Source: a virus
Reading direction: 5' to 3' (one strand)
Length of the DNA stretch: 64,000 nt
Virus record (IMG/VR): IMGVR_UViG_3300013101_000005
Coordinates: 34,632-98,631 of that record
In this document: positions 9,566-18,785 of the stretch, one piece after another
Layout: every line of letters starts with the position of its first letter
Numbering within the stretch: the stretch's first letter is position 1
Made by a program: the position numbers and the translations under genes
Notes under the pieces: generated by a model
Seen by the model: only the letters and a program-made list of their open reading frames with translations
The model's database searches: none
Told to the model about the DNA's origin: nothing

Positions 9566-10008
9566 TGGTAGCACATAAACAAATAGAAGAATTATTAAAA
9601 GTTAGTGGATTAAATAAGAAAAAGGCAGATTTACTTCTTGGCCAGATTATTGCTAATATATGTTTTAGCTTTATGAAAGAAGTGTCTGAGTATATCTATA
9701 AGGAAAGGGCAACAAGACAAGCAGAATATAATTCGTATTGTGATAGCATTTTTACTGAAATAGCTATTAGCATAAAAAATGCTCATAAGTGTGGAACTTT
9801 TGAGGAGTTTCATAGTAAGATTATGAGCCCAATTTATAGTGTACGTGTTATAGTTAATAATTTAGCAGATAAGTATGATTTTATACAAAATAATTGTGAT
9901 GATCTTGAACTTTTAATAAATTTAAAAGAAGAAAGTGAACAAATTTATAAAAAGTTCTTCAAAAGAGCACCACGGAAACGGAAGGTTAAGGCGCATGGGA
10001 ACAAATAA
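9565..10008 (+). CDS. Hypothetical protein
   Basis: The ATG overlaps the polA stop codon. Confidence 0.6.
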   Translation: MVAHKQIEELLKVSGLNKKKADLLLGQIIANICFSFMKEVSEYIYKERATRQAEYNSYCDSIFTEIAISIKNAHKCGTFEEFHSKIMSPIYSVRVIVNNLADKYDFIQNNCDDLELLINLKEESEQIYKKFFKRAPRKRKVKAHGNK

Positions 10009-10345
10009 ACAAGATAGAGATGTTAGGCTGAAGAAGGAAATCGTTCAAATGATGGGTGAGCGAGATGAGAGTATCCGTCAAGCCTTTGAACAATTTGATC
10101 AAAAAGTTGGTCAAGGTTTCCAAGGGGTGGAATACAAACTTTCTATCGTAATATCGGCATTAAACTTGCTTGGTATTAATGAAGAAAAGTTACAAGAAAT
10201 TGCAAAGGGTATTCAAGCAAAAATGGGGGGTGAACAAAATGAACAAAACCAAGGTGGACCTACTCCTACAGAGAGCATCGAAGATCCTAATGAATCAGAG
10301 GAACAACCTCCAAGCAACGAAGGAGGGGACGAGCATTTTGGATGA
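9995..10345 (+). CDS. Hypothetical protein with coiled coil and acidic disordered tail
   Basis: ORF coupled within the operon. Confidence 0.6.
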   Translation: MGTNKQDRDVRLKKEIVQMMGERDESIRQAFEQFDQKVGQGFQGVEYKLSIVISALNLLGINEEKLQEIAKGIQAKMGGEQNEQNQGGPTPTESIEDPNESEEQPPSNEGGDEHFG

Positions 10346-10535
10346 GATAGACGACCTTCTTAGTGGATTATCCGCTTTTAATGATGATGTTATTAATGAA
10401 TCATTAAGCGAGAACTTCCCAGAAGATAGTATTATGTCTGATCTAGATGCTTCTGGTCTTTGTGTCTTACTTATTAATAAGAAAGACAATTTTGATGGTC
10501 GTGAAAGTACATGGTTTGATATGGAGAGTGTGTAA
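10338..10535 (+). CDS. Small acidic hypothetical protein
   Basis: TTG start downstream of AGGAGG; the stop overlaps the next ATG. Confidence 0.5.
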   Translation: MDEIDDLLSGLSAFNDDVINESLSENFPEDSIMSDLDASGLCVLLINKKDNFDGRESTWFDMESV

Positions 10536-11194
10536 TGAATATTTTGATAGGAGTTGCAGGGAAACCACGTAGTGGTAAGGATTCAATAGGAGTTCATTTA
10601 GAGGAGCATCATGGATTTTTCAGGTATGCTTTTGCTGATTATTTAAAATGGATTGCTGTTGAATATTTTGGATTTAGTAAAGAAGAGTTATGGGGAGAAA
10701 AGACAGAAGAATCTAGAAAATTCTTACAAGAATTAGGAAGATTCTGTACAGATATTGATACAAATTTCTTTGTTTCAAAAGTAGTTAAAAAGATTAAAGT
10801 AGATTATGAAAAGTGTAAACGGGATGGTATTCCTTTTTCTGCTGTCATAACAGATGTACGTAGAGAAGATGAGTTAAAACTATTTGACAGGAATAGTACA
10901 TTCTTTTTGACTTATGATGAAATAATGAATTCAGGGATTAGTATGAAAAATGCTTTTGACAAAATAGTTCTTGTAAAAGTAGAAAGACCTTTAGAAATTA
11001 TTTTACAAGAGGAGCCAGGACTTGAGGAGAATATGAAACATCCTGTTGAACAATTAACTAATAACTACGATAAATGGGATTATTTAATTTCTAATAATGA
11101 GGGAATGGATGTCCTTAAGTCTCATGTTGATCGTTTAGTGTTAGACTTAAAAGAGGATTCTAATAATGATCTTAATAAAAGGGAAGTTGTATGA
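10535..11194 (+). CDS. Deoxynucleoside monophosphate kinase
   Basis: GVAGKPRSGKDS P-loop, AFAD.LK, R..LQELG, ITDVR..DE and HPVE. Confidence 0.9.
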   Translation: MNILIGVAGKPRSGKDSIGVHLEEHHGFFRYAFADYLKWIAVEYFGFSKEELWGEKTEESRKFLQELGRFCTDIDTNFFVSKVVKKIKVDYEKCKRDGIPFSAVITDVRREDELKLFDRNSTFFLTYDEIMNSGISMKNAFDKIVLVKVERPLEIILQEEPGLEENMKHPVEQLTNNYDKWDYLISNNEGMDVLKSHVDRLVLDLKEDSNNDLNKREVV

Positions 11195-11726
11195 TAATGT
11201 AGATGAGGCTATTCTATATTTTGAACCAACAATTAGACAATTAACAAATATGTTCTTAGGTATGCATCCTGAAAAGGATGATTGTAGGCAAGAACTTCGT
11301 ATAAAAATATGGAATTTATATAATAATAAGGAAAGAGAATTTAATAGTGGCTATGTAACAAGGAGACTTAGGTGGGACACTATTAATTTTATAAATAGAA
11401 ACACAGGGTATAATTGGTATAAAACATTCAAGTCATTAGATACTATGAAAGAAACAGAGAAAGATTTATTATTTAGCTCTCTTGAAAATAAAGGGAATAT
11501 AACAAAGGATGATGAATTAGAAATAGAGAGCATGATAATAAAAGCAAAAAAACATCTTTTACCAAGACAGTATGAAGCCTTAACTTTATTTCTTAGTGGG
11601 GCATCTACAGAAATGATAAGAGAGTTTCTTGGAACTCGTAGTAGAAATATGACAAAATATTATCTTCTGTTAGCTGAGGCATTTGCAATATTACGAGAGG
11701 TAGTGCATGACACAGTTGAAGGTTAA
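11166..11726 (+). CDS. Phage sigma-70/ECF-like RNA polymerase sigma factor
   Basis: Region 2-like DDCRQELRIKIW...GYV.RRLR..TINF and region 4-like LLPRQYEAL.LFLSG.ST.MIRE.LG. Confidence 0.7.
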   Translation: MILIKGKLYDNVDEAILYFEPTIRQLTNMFLGMHPEKDDCRQELRIKIWNLYNNKEREFNSGYVTRRLRWDTINFINRNTGYNWYKTFKSLDTMKETEKDLLFSSLENKGNITKDDELEIESMIIKAKKHLLPRQYEALTLFLSGASTEMIREFLGTRSRNMTKYYLLLAEAFAILREVVHDTVEG

Positions 11727-12624
11727 AGAGGCTCCTCTATATAATGTTAAAAAAGAGGATGTCATAAAATTTTATCATTTTGTATACGCCTTTATCCTTG
11801 ATTTAAAAAGGAGAAAAGGGGACAGAGTAACGCATCGTCATCGTGCGGCAGTTAAAGAGCCAGGGTGGGCTGCTGCTGAGATCATTTATTTAGCTCTATA
11901 TGGCTATACAAAAAAGACAAAATTTTCAAAGAAAACACAATATCTAAAATGGAAAAGTGCCCCGAAGTCTTTTGAGAAACGTGTAATTTATTTACTAGGT
12001 ACAGAGGGTATAAAGTATGTTAAAGAAAAAGAAAAAGAACTTTTGAATATAAGGGAAGAAAGAGGTGTGCAAGGCATAGCCCCGGTAAGCACCATATCGT
12101 ATGAACTACGAACAGGGGACGAAGAAGTACAAATAAGAATGCAACGGTATATTGAAGATTTTGATTTACACTCTGCTGTTGATATAGATGTGCTTAAAAA
12201 CCTTGTTCAAACACAGATACTTATTGAAAGTGCTCACAAAAATTTGTCAAAGGGTGAGGGTACCTCTTTTGACTTAAAATCATTAGCTTCACAATTAAAA
12301 GATTACGCTTTATTACTTGGTCTTTCTAAAAAGGATAGATTAGATTTTGGGGCAGAACGTAAAAAAGGTAGCATTGCAGAACTAGCTACAGTATATGAAC
12401 AAACATTACAGGAATATCCTGAGATAAAGCATGATTTTCTAATGGATGAATTAAACATGCTTCTTGATAAACACGAACGTCTAAATGAGGACGGGGAGAG
12501 AGAGATAGCTTCTAAGTCTTTCAGAATTATTTCTGGTGGGTTTACTATAGAAGAGGCTCTTTCTATGACAGGTAGAAAAAGAAAGAATGCAAAATCAAGC
12601 AAAAACCGTTCATCTAACACGTAA
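11707..12624 (+). CDS. Hypothetical protein, candidate terminase small subunit
   Basis: Lies immediately upstream of and overlaps TerL; helical C-terminal half with LLLGLSKKDR. Confidence 0.45.
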   Translation: MTQLKVKEAPLYNVKKEDVIKFYHFVYAFILDLKRRKGDRVTHRHRAAVKEPGWAAAEIIYLALYGYTKKTKFSKKTQYLKWKSAPKSFEKRVIYLLGTEGIKYVKEKEKELLNIREERGVQGIAPVSTISYELRTGDEEVQIRMQRYIEDFDLHSAVDIDVLKNLVQTQILIESAHKNLSKGEGTSFDLKSLASQLKDYALLLGLSKKDRLDFGAERKKGSIAELATVYEQTLQEYPEIKHDFLMDELNMLLDKHERLNEDGEREIASKSFRIISGGFTIEEALSMTGRKRKNAKSSKNRSSNT

Positions 12625-14488
12625 AGAAAAATTATATGGATTGAAAATGGTTCACTTTTACAGAAGGCATCCAGTGCTTGCTGTACGTGACCTATTAGGC
12701 TTGCCTGTTAGTGCCCCCCACTTTAGAATAGCATTAAGAGCCGCTTGGTTTTGTGACCACTCTATCCTTCTGCTTTCCCGTGGTATGATGAAGTCTACTA
12801 TCAATGCTATTATCTCTATTCTTAAATCTATATTATACCCAAACAGAACACAACTTGTTCTTGGTCCACAGTTCCGTCAAGGTCGGATGATTTTTGAAGA
12901 CGCTGGAATAGAAAAAGTACTTAGTGATCGTATGGGGATGCAAATACACCGACGAGGATTTGCCAACCAATCCTGTAATACTCCAAAAAAAGTAATTAAT
13001 AAGGGTACAAATGATATATGGAGAGTTAAGTTTAAAAACGGATCACAGATTGTTACTGGTCCACTTGGTAAAAAAGGAAGTTCTCTTCTAGGATTACGTG
13101 CAAATGATATTAGACTTGATGAAATGCGTGATTTTACAAAGTACCAAGTAACAAAAGTAATTCATCCTTTTGCAAATGTTCTTGCAGATCCCTTCAGTAA
13201 TGCAGCAGAACACGAAGATTTTGAGGGCAATACTTTTATGTATGGTGGTACAATCAGGTATACAGACGATTACTATTATGAAATTATAGAAGAATTCAAA
13301 AAGAAGATGGAAGTTGACACAGACTTAAAAAAATATGGATTTTGCCCAAGGTTAAACAGGGGCAAGTACTGTGTGGTTGAATTTAATTATGAAGATGCTT
13401 TTAGTTTGGCACAAGGAACTAAACGTCCTAAACAATATACAGTAGATATTGTGGATGAATTAACTAAGAACAGAAAAATTCATTTCCACTTTAGAATAAA
13501 TATAGAAGAAATAGAGTCTGCAAAGTTTTCTGATACTGTAAATATAGAGGATTGGTTAGCTGAAAACAAGAATAGACCTATAAAACTAGGTAGTAAAGAG
13601 TTTCCATACTTATTACTACAATCTATATCAGATTTAATTGAATTTGACAACCCTGATATGGTTAATTCTGATCTATTATTCCCTGAATATTTGAGTGAAG
13701 CAAAGAACTTTTCTCGTAGTGGTGACTTTGTTGCACCGTTGGAGCCCCTTATGGATTGCCCTTTAGAGACAGTTATGGGGGTAGATGTGGCTACAGAGAG
13801 TGATAAATTTGCAATTGTAATAATTAGACCAGGCACAACACAGGGTAATTTATTTGATAATATTGTGTATGCCTTTGCAAAATCACACATGAGTTACTCA
13901 GATATGCGAAATAAATTGTATGAGTGTATAGATTTGTACAATATTGTGTTATTTCATATGGACAAACGTGGTGGTGGAACTGCCCTACGGGATATGTTAC
14001 GGGAACCTGAGGATGAAGCGAGGCCATCCCTTGTTGATGAGGCCACTGATCCTAAGGCTATTTTGCACCCTAATAGGGTCAATATGCTCCGTATGGTCAA
14101 TGCTACGGCTGAATATAATACAACAAGCGTTAATACAATTAAAGCACGAATGCAATCAAAAAAGTTGTTAATACCAAGAATTGTTAGTATTCACCCAGAT
14201 CCTTTAGTAAGTGAAATTTACAACGATTTACTAGCATTACGTAGTCAATTTGGTAAAATCAAATCTAAACCTATTGGTGGAGGATGGAAAAAGTACTATG
14301 TCCCAGAGACAAAATCTACAGACGAGTCTCTAGAACGAGGTTATAAAGATCTTTTTAGTGCTTCATTATATGCAATGAACGCTATTTTGGAGCATACTGG
14401 GATTAAGGACCTTATTGATAAAAAGAAGAGATTTGATAATATTCCGTTGCCACATTATATAAATGTTGCGCCAATTGTTAGGAGGTAA
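12587..14488 (+). CDS. terL: Terminase large subunit
   Basis: FYRRHP, Walker A variant SRGMMKS, GLRANDIRLDE Walker B, nuclease MGVDVA, MDKRGGG and KDLFSA. Confidence 0.92.
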   Translation: MQNQAKTVHLTRKEKLYGLKMVHFYRRHPVLAVRDLLGLPVSAPHFRIALRAAWFCDHSILLLSRGMMKSTINAIISILKSILYPNRTQLVLGPQFRQGRMIFEDAGIEKVLSDRMGMQIHRRGFANQSCNTPKKVINKGTNDIWRVKFKNGSQIVTGPLGKKGSSLLGLRANDIRLDEMRDFTKYQVTKVIHPFANVLADPFSNAAEHEDFEGNTFMYGGTIRYTDDYYYEIIEEFKKKMEVDTDLKKYGFCPRLNRGKYCVVEFNYEDAFSLAQGTKRPKQYTVDIVDELTKNRKIHFHFRINIEEIESAKFSDTVNIEDWLAENKNRPIKLGSKEFPYLLLQSISDLIEFDNPDMVNSDLLFPEYLSEAKNFSRSGDFVAPLEPLMDCPLETVMGVDVATESDKFAIVIIRPGTTQGNLFDNIVYAFAKSHMSYSDMRNKLYECIDLYNIVLFHMDKRGGGTALRDMLREPEDEARPSLVDEATDPKAILHPNRVNMLRMVNATAEYNTTSVNTIKARMQSKKLLIPRIVSIHPDPLVSEIYNDLLALRSQFGKIKSKPIGGGWKKYYVPETKSTDESLERGYKDLFSASLYAMNAILEHTGIKDLIDKKKRFDNIPLPHYINVAPIVRR

Positions 14489-14492
14489 CAAA

Positions 14493-15014
14493 GTGGGCGA
14501 ACCTACTATTATTACAGAAGTTATGTTGACAGATAATTCGGTTGTTGATTCTTCACGGACATCACATGCTGCATCTGCAACTACATATTGGTTATCAAGG
14601 AATTTGCCGACAACAGGCAAATCAACGTTAGATTCCACTATTGGAGGCTATAACTGCGAAGTTGCAAAGTATTACTTTGAGGGTCATGGTAGTGGTAATT
14701 ATGTTACAAATTTTAAATTTTACTTAGCTGATAGGAATGCTGTAGCACAAGATATGACTTTTTGTACATATGCTACAGATACATTTACAGAGCCAAGTAC
14801 CATTAGTGAGTCTGATATCTATAATTTTGTTGGGGATTGGGAAGAAGCAGAGTATGCCATCCCTTCCTCTTCAAATTTAGGTACAGATGCCACATTTGCA
14901 TCTAATGATGATCCTACATGGACACAGCTTATCTATTTTGCTGCTGTTGTAGAATCTGGGGCGACTACAGGGACTTCCTCTTGGGTTAACAAGTTGCTGT
15001 ATCAATACACTTAG
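14493..15014 (+). CDS. Beta-rich Ser/Thr-rich hypothetical protein, probably virion-associated
   Basis: GTG start after GGAGG; composition resembles virion accessory proteins. Confidence 0.55.
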   Translation: MGEPTIITEVMLTDNSVVDSSRTSHAASATTYWLSRNLPTTGKSTLDSTIGGYNCEVAKYYFEGHGSGNYVTNFKFYLADRNAVAQDMTFCTYATDTFTEPSTISESDIYNFVGDWEEAEYAIPSSSNLGTDATFASNDDPTWTQLIYFAAVVESGATTGTSSWVNKLLYQYT

Positions 15015-15022
15015 GAGAGGTT

Positions 15023-15481
15023 ATGCTAAACTGGAATGCTTTTGGGACACATGAAGGAGGACAATTTGCCCTTCTGGATACAGATGATTGGGGAAAAGAT
15101 GTTGTAAATGGTGTTGGTATTGACAGTATTTCTCATTTTGAATTAATTAATGAAGATCAAAAAGTAATGCTTTTTGTTAGAAAAGGTGTTATACATATAG
15201 GGGAAGATAACTCTCTTAAATTGGGTATAAATTTAGGTGGTTATATGTACACCCTTTATGATAGTTGTGTTTTCTCATTAGAGGATATTGCTCCATTTAC
15301 TACAGCAGTATACACAAGTTCTACTAATAAAAGTGAAGATCTTGGTAAACATTTAATGTTAAAGTATAAAGTTACAGCAATTATGGATAAACTTGAAAAG
15401 AAGAAAATTAAACTTGATACCCCAATAGAAAAAACTTTTTTATTGCATTTAGATAAATATGGGTATCTATCTATCTGTTAG
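15023..15481 (+). CDS. Hypothetical protein
   Basis: AGGAGAGG SD. Confidence 0.6.
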   Translation: MLNWNAFGTHEGGQFALLDTDDWGKDVVNGVGIDSISHFELINEDQKVMLFVRKGVIHIGEDNSLKLGINLGGYMYTLYDSCVFSLEDIAPFTTAVYTSSTNKSEDLGKHLMLKYKVTAIMDKLEKKKIKLDTPIEKTFLLHLDKYGYLSIC

Positions 15482-15489
15482 GAGATATT

Positions 15490-15777
15490 ATGGGTTCTGA
15501 ACAATTACTTATAGGTAATATTGCTATTGCTTCTATTATTATAAAGACTATTATTTCTGGGTTTAAACAAATCTTTCCGTTTAAGCCTTTATATGCTCAA
15601 ATAGCAGTAATGGCTTTGGGTGTGGGGACCGCATTTGTAATAAATGCTACCTTGTTAGAAATAGCAGATCCAACCCCGCTTGCTGTCGTTTTACAAAAGA
15701 CGCTTGCTGGTCTTTTTATTGGTGCTACTTCTATGGGTGTCCATGAAACCACAAAGGCAATGACAAAAAATGCGTAA
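15490..15777 (+). CDS. Holin-like membrane protein
   Basis: 95 aa with about three hydrophobic segments and a G.FIGA.S.GVHE-type C-terminal motif. Confidence 0.65.
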   Translation: MGSEQLLIGNIAIASIIIKTIISGFKQIFPFKPLYAQIAVMALGVGTAFVINATLLEIADPTPLAVVLQKTLAGLFIGATSMGVHETTKAMTKNA

Positions 15778-18013
15778 AAATGAAGCTCCTCTGGAATTTC
15801 CTGAAATTGAACCACTAAAAACCTTAGCAGACTATAGTTCTTTATCTGATGAAGATTTATCTTTACGGCAAGCAACAGTAACAAAATATTTGGTTACCTT
15901 TGCTATAAATTATAGTAGGCGAGTTAAGACTAGTACTGATTACCTATTAAAAGAGGTTAATGAGTACAAAGACATAGCGAATTATCGCTATGATAGTAAG
16001 GCGGCGAAAGAGAAGGAAGTACAACTTTCCAGAAAGTTGATAGAGGCAGATGAATTGTGTGGTACTGTTCTTGATAGAATGGTATCTTTTTGTATTACTC
16101 CTGGTAATATAGAAAATGTAAAAAACAAAGAGTTGTTAGTTCTTCTTAATAGATGGAAGGACTATGTGGGGAATTTGGAGAGTGAAAAAAATAATAAATC
16201 AAATGTCTTAGTTGCAAAACCCATGGGTATTGGTATATTATTTGAACAGGTGTTAGAACGATTATTTGTTGATGGTGACGCTTTTGTTTCTGAAGTGTGG
16301 GCTGAGGATGTTGTAATAGACGGCGAACAAAAAACGTTACCTTACAAATTTAATATATATGATACATTACTAATAGAATATGATGAACAATCTTTTATTG
16401 CTAATGGTCAAGAAAAAGTATATGTAAATTTAGATTTAGCTACAACTGATTATTACAAAAAGAAAGGGACACAAGTTCCACTTTTTAAAGAAAATTCAAT
16501 GCCCTTTACAACACACCTAAAACTACGACCAAAGACATTTAGTTTCTGGGGTACATCTTTCTTTAAGAGGGCCTTTCATCCTGTTGCAGCTAAAAAAAGA
16601 ATAGAAGCACTAGAAGTTAATACTATAGAAGGATTAATAAACAGGCTGACTATTTTAAAGGCAGGTAAACTTGATTCTGAATCTGAGTCTGGTATAATAG
16701 CACCACATAGGTTGGCTATTTTAGAACGTCTTATTGCTCAACCAAAAGTTAATAATATGTTGTTATGGCCTGGGGACGATATCTCTGTATTAGATATTGG
16801 TCCTGATGCTGGTTTATTAACTTATGAGAAAAAATATACGGAAGCAAATGAGCAAGTGTTGGCTGCTTTAGGCTTCCCTAGAGTTCTCGTAGATGGTGAG
16901 AATACCACTACTGAGAACTGGCACAAATTTCTTGGTGTGATTTCATATATAGATAAAGTAAGGAATAATTATATAATTCCTTGGATTAATTCTGTATTAA
17001 GAAAAATAGCTGTTAAGAATGGGTATGAAGATGAATACCCAAGGTTCTCTTTTTCTAGAGTTAAACTACATGATCTACAACAAATGCTTAATTCTGTTAA
17101 GGTATTTTATGACCGTGGCCTTATGTCTGAGTTGTCTGCTGTTACTAGTGGTGATCTTGATTATGAGCTAGAACGAGCTAGGCGTGAGGTTGAAGTTGAA
17201 GAAGGAATGATTAGTCAATTCGGTGGTCCTCAAGCATTACCATTTAGTAAAAATACTCCTGATGGTTCTGAAAAGGAGGGGACCACTAGCCCAGACAAAG
17301 ACATTGAAAAACCAGAAGCAAAGGAAGCTAAAGTAGCTGCTTCCATAAATGATGTGGATAGAGAAGCCCTTATTGAGGTATTTGAAGATTATATCTTTGC
17401 TTTACATGATTTATATACTGAAAAATTAGTACAAGCAATAAAACTAGGGTTCTATAATACAATAGACTTTGTTATAAATACTTATGGGGCGCATCTTAAA
17501 AAGACAACAGAAGAGCAGATGAAGATATTATTCAATCAAGAAGTATATGGATTTCATGTAGAAAATGATTTCTTAGTTGCTGCTATTGATTGGATTGATA
17601 CTTTCTATGATGGTTATATTGATGAGATTTCTATTGAAATTAAAAATGTTGTAAAAAATAATGAGGGGAGAGTGGCAGTATTACCAGACCTAATAGCTGG
17701 TATTATGGCTGCGCTAAAAACAAAAAGGTTAAGATTATATAGTTCATCAGTTTATAATAAAGCGAAGTCAGCAGGGGAATTAACACAATTAAGGGCTTCG
17801 GGAACGAAGAACATGCAATGGAAATCAGCACTATCTGAACGAACATGCGAGTGGTGTGGTGAGATGCACAACCAAGTACTTACCTTGGACAACTTCTTTG
17901 CTAGTTTCCCTCCGCATCCAGACTGTGAGTGCTGGGGCGTTGGTACTGCTTTAGAACTATCTGAAAATTCGCCCGAAAAAGATAGAAATAATTGGAGCAA
18001 AGTAGCAACCTAA
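15770..18013 (+). CDS. Portal protein fused to a C-terminal MuF/gpF-like head morphogenesis domain
   Basis: Position after TerL; portal-like motifs (LFVDGDAF, HLK..P..F..WG, VLAALGFP); C-terminal W.S....RTCEWC...H...PPHPDCEC. Confidence 0.8.
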   Translation: MRKNEAPLEFPEIEPLKTLADYSSLSDEDLSLRQATVTKYLVTFAINYSRRVKTSTDYLLKEVNEYKDIANYRYDSKAAKEKEVQLSRKLIEADELCGTVLDRMVSFCITPGNIENVKNKELLVLLNRWKDYVGNLESEKNNKSNVLVAKPMGIGILFEQVLERLFVDGDAFVSEVWAEDVVIDGEQKTLPYKFNIYDTLLIEYDEQSFIANGQEKVYVNLDLATTDYYKKKGTQVPLFKENSMPFTTHLKLRPKTFSFWGTSFFKRAFHPVAAKKRIEALEVNTIEGLINRLTILKAGKLDSESESGIIAPHRLAILERLIAQPKVNNMLLWPGDDISVLDIGPDAGLLTYEKKYTEANEQVLAALGFPRVLVDGENTTTENWHKFLGVISYIDKVRNNYIIPWINSVLRKIAVKNGYEDEYPRFSFSRVKLHDLQQMLNSVKVFYDRGLMSELSAVTSGDLDYELERARREVEVEEGMISQFGGPQALPFSKNTPDGSEKEGTTSPDKDIEKPEAKEAKVAASINDVDREALIEVFEDYIFALHDLYTEKLVQAIKLGFYNTIDFVINTYGAHLKKTTEEQMKILFNQEVYGFHVENDFLVAAIDWIDTFYDGYIDEISIEIKNVVKNNEGRVAVLPDLIAGIMAALKTKRLRLYSSSVYNKAKSAGELTQLRASGTKNMQWKSALSERTCEWCGEMHNQVLTLDNFFASFPPHPDCECWGVGTALELSENSPEKDRNNWSKVAT

Positions 18014-18028
18014 TAGGAGAGTCTAACA

Positions 18029-18214
18029 ATGGAACAGACCACAACCGAACTTTTAATAAAGCTGTTGGTGGAATTCGGCCTACCAACCTCTTTATGTTTT
18101 TACTTGTTAATATCATTTGAAAAGAAAATTGATAGAATTATTTCTTTAGTTGATAGGTTGACAGGAATTATTCTTAAAATGTCGGATATTGATAGGAGTG
18201 ATTTAGATGCCTAA
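18029..18214 (+). CDS. Small membrane protein, YvrJ/BhlA-like holin-type
   Basis: EFGLP..LCFYLLI.FEKKIDRI: one TM segment followed by a coiled coil. Confidence 0.6.
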   Translation: MEQTTTELLIKLLVEFGLPTSLCFYLLISFEKKIDRIISLVDRLTGIILKMSDIDRSDLDA

Positions 18215-18785
18215 TTTTTTTATAGAAAATCCTGAATCAATTATATTCACAGTAGTATTTTTGGCAATGTTTATATACGGAATAAACAAGAATATTGTAT
18301 ACTCAACTAAAGTATCTGAATTAGCAAAAAAGTTAAATCTATTAGCTCCAGATTCTTTAGACGAATACGCCGATGTTCATACAAATCTTGATTTTGCTTC
18401 TGCTGATCCAAACTACGGTATATTATCCTTAGTAGCTGATAAGTACCACAAGGGTTATGATTTTATTATTATTGACCAACCAAAAGCAGGATCACAAGTT
18501 CCTTTACATAGGCATAAAAGGTCTAATGAACTATTTTATGTTCTTAAAGGAAAAATCCGTATATATATATGTGATAAAAAAGCCACAGTTGCTGATTGTT
18601 TAGAAGGATGTGAAAAGGCCACAGAACTATCTGTTGGTGATTGGTTATTTGTTGAAGCAAAAAGAGAGCATTGTATTGAAGTAATAAAACCCACAAAATA
18701 TATTGTTATAGCAAAACCCCAACTATTCTCAAGGATTGGTAAATTATATGAATTCTTATTCAAGAAAGAAAACAAACAAGCATAG
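18207..18785 (+). CDS. Cupin-domain protein with N-terminal TM segment
   Basis: PLHRH...NELFYVLKG and GD.LFVEA.REH cupin metal motifs. Confidence 0.8.
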   Translation: MPNFFIENPESIIFTVVFLAMFIYGINKNIVYSTKVSELAKKLNLLAPDSLDEYADVHTNLDFASADPNYGILSLVADKYHKGYDFIIIDQPKAGSQVPLHRHKRSNELFYVLKGKIRIYICDKKATVADCLEGCEKATELSVGDWLFVEAKREHCIEVIKPTKYIVIAKPQLFSRIGKLYEFLFKKENKQA

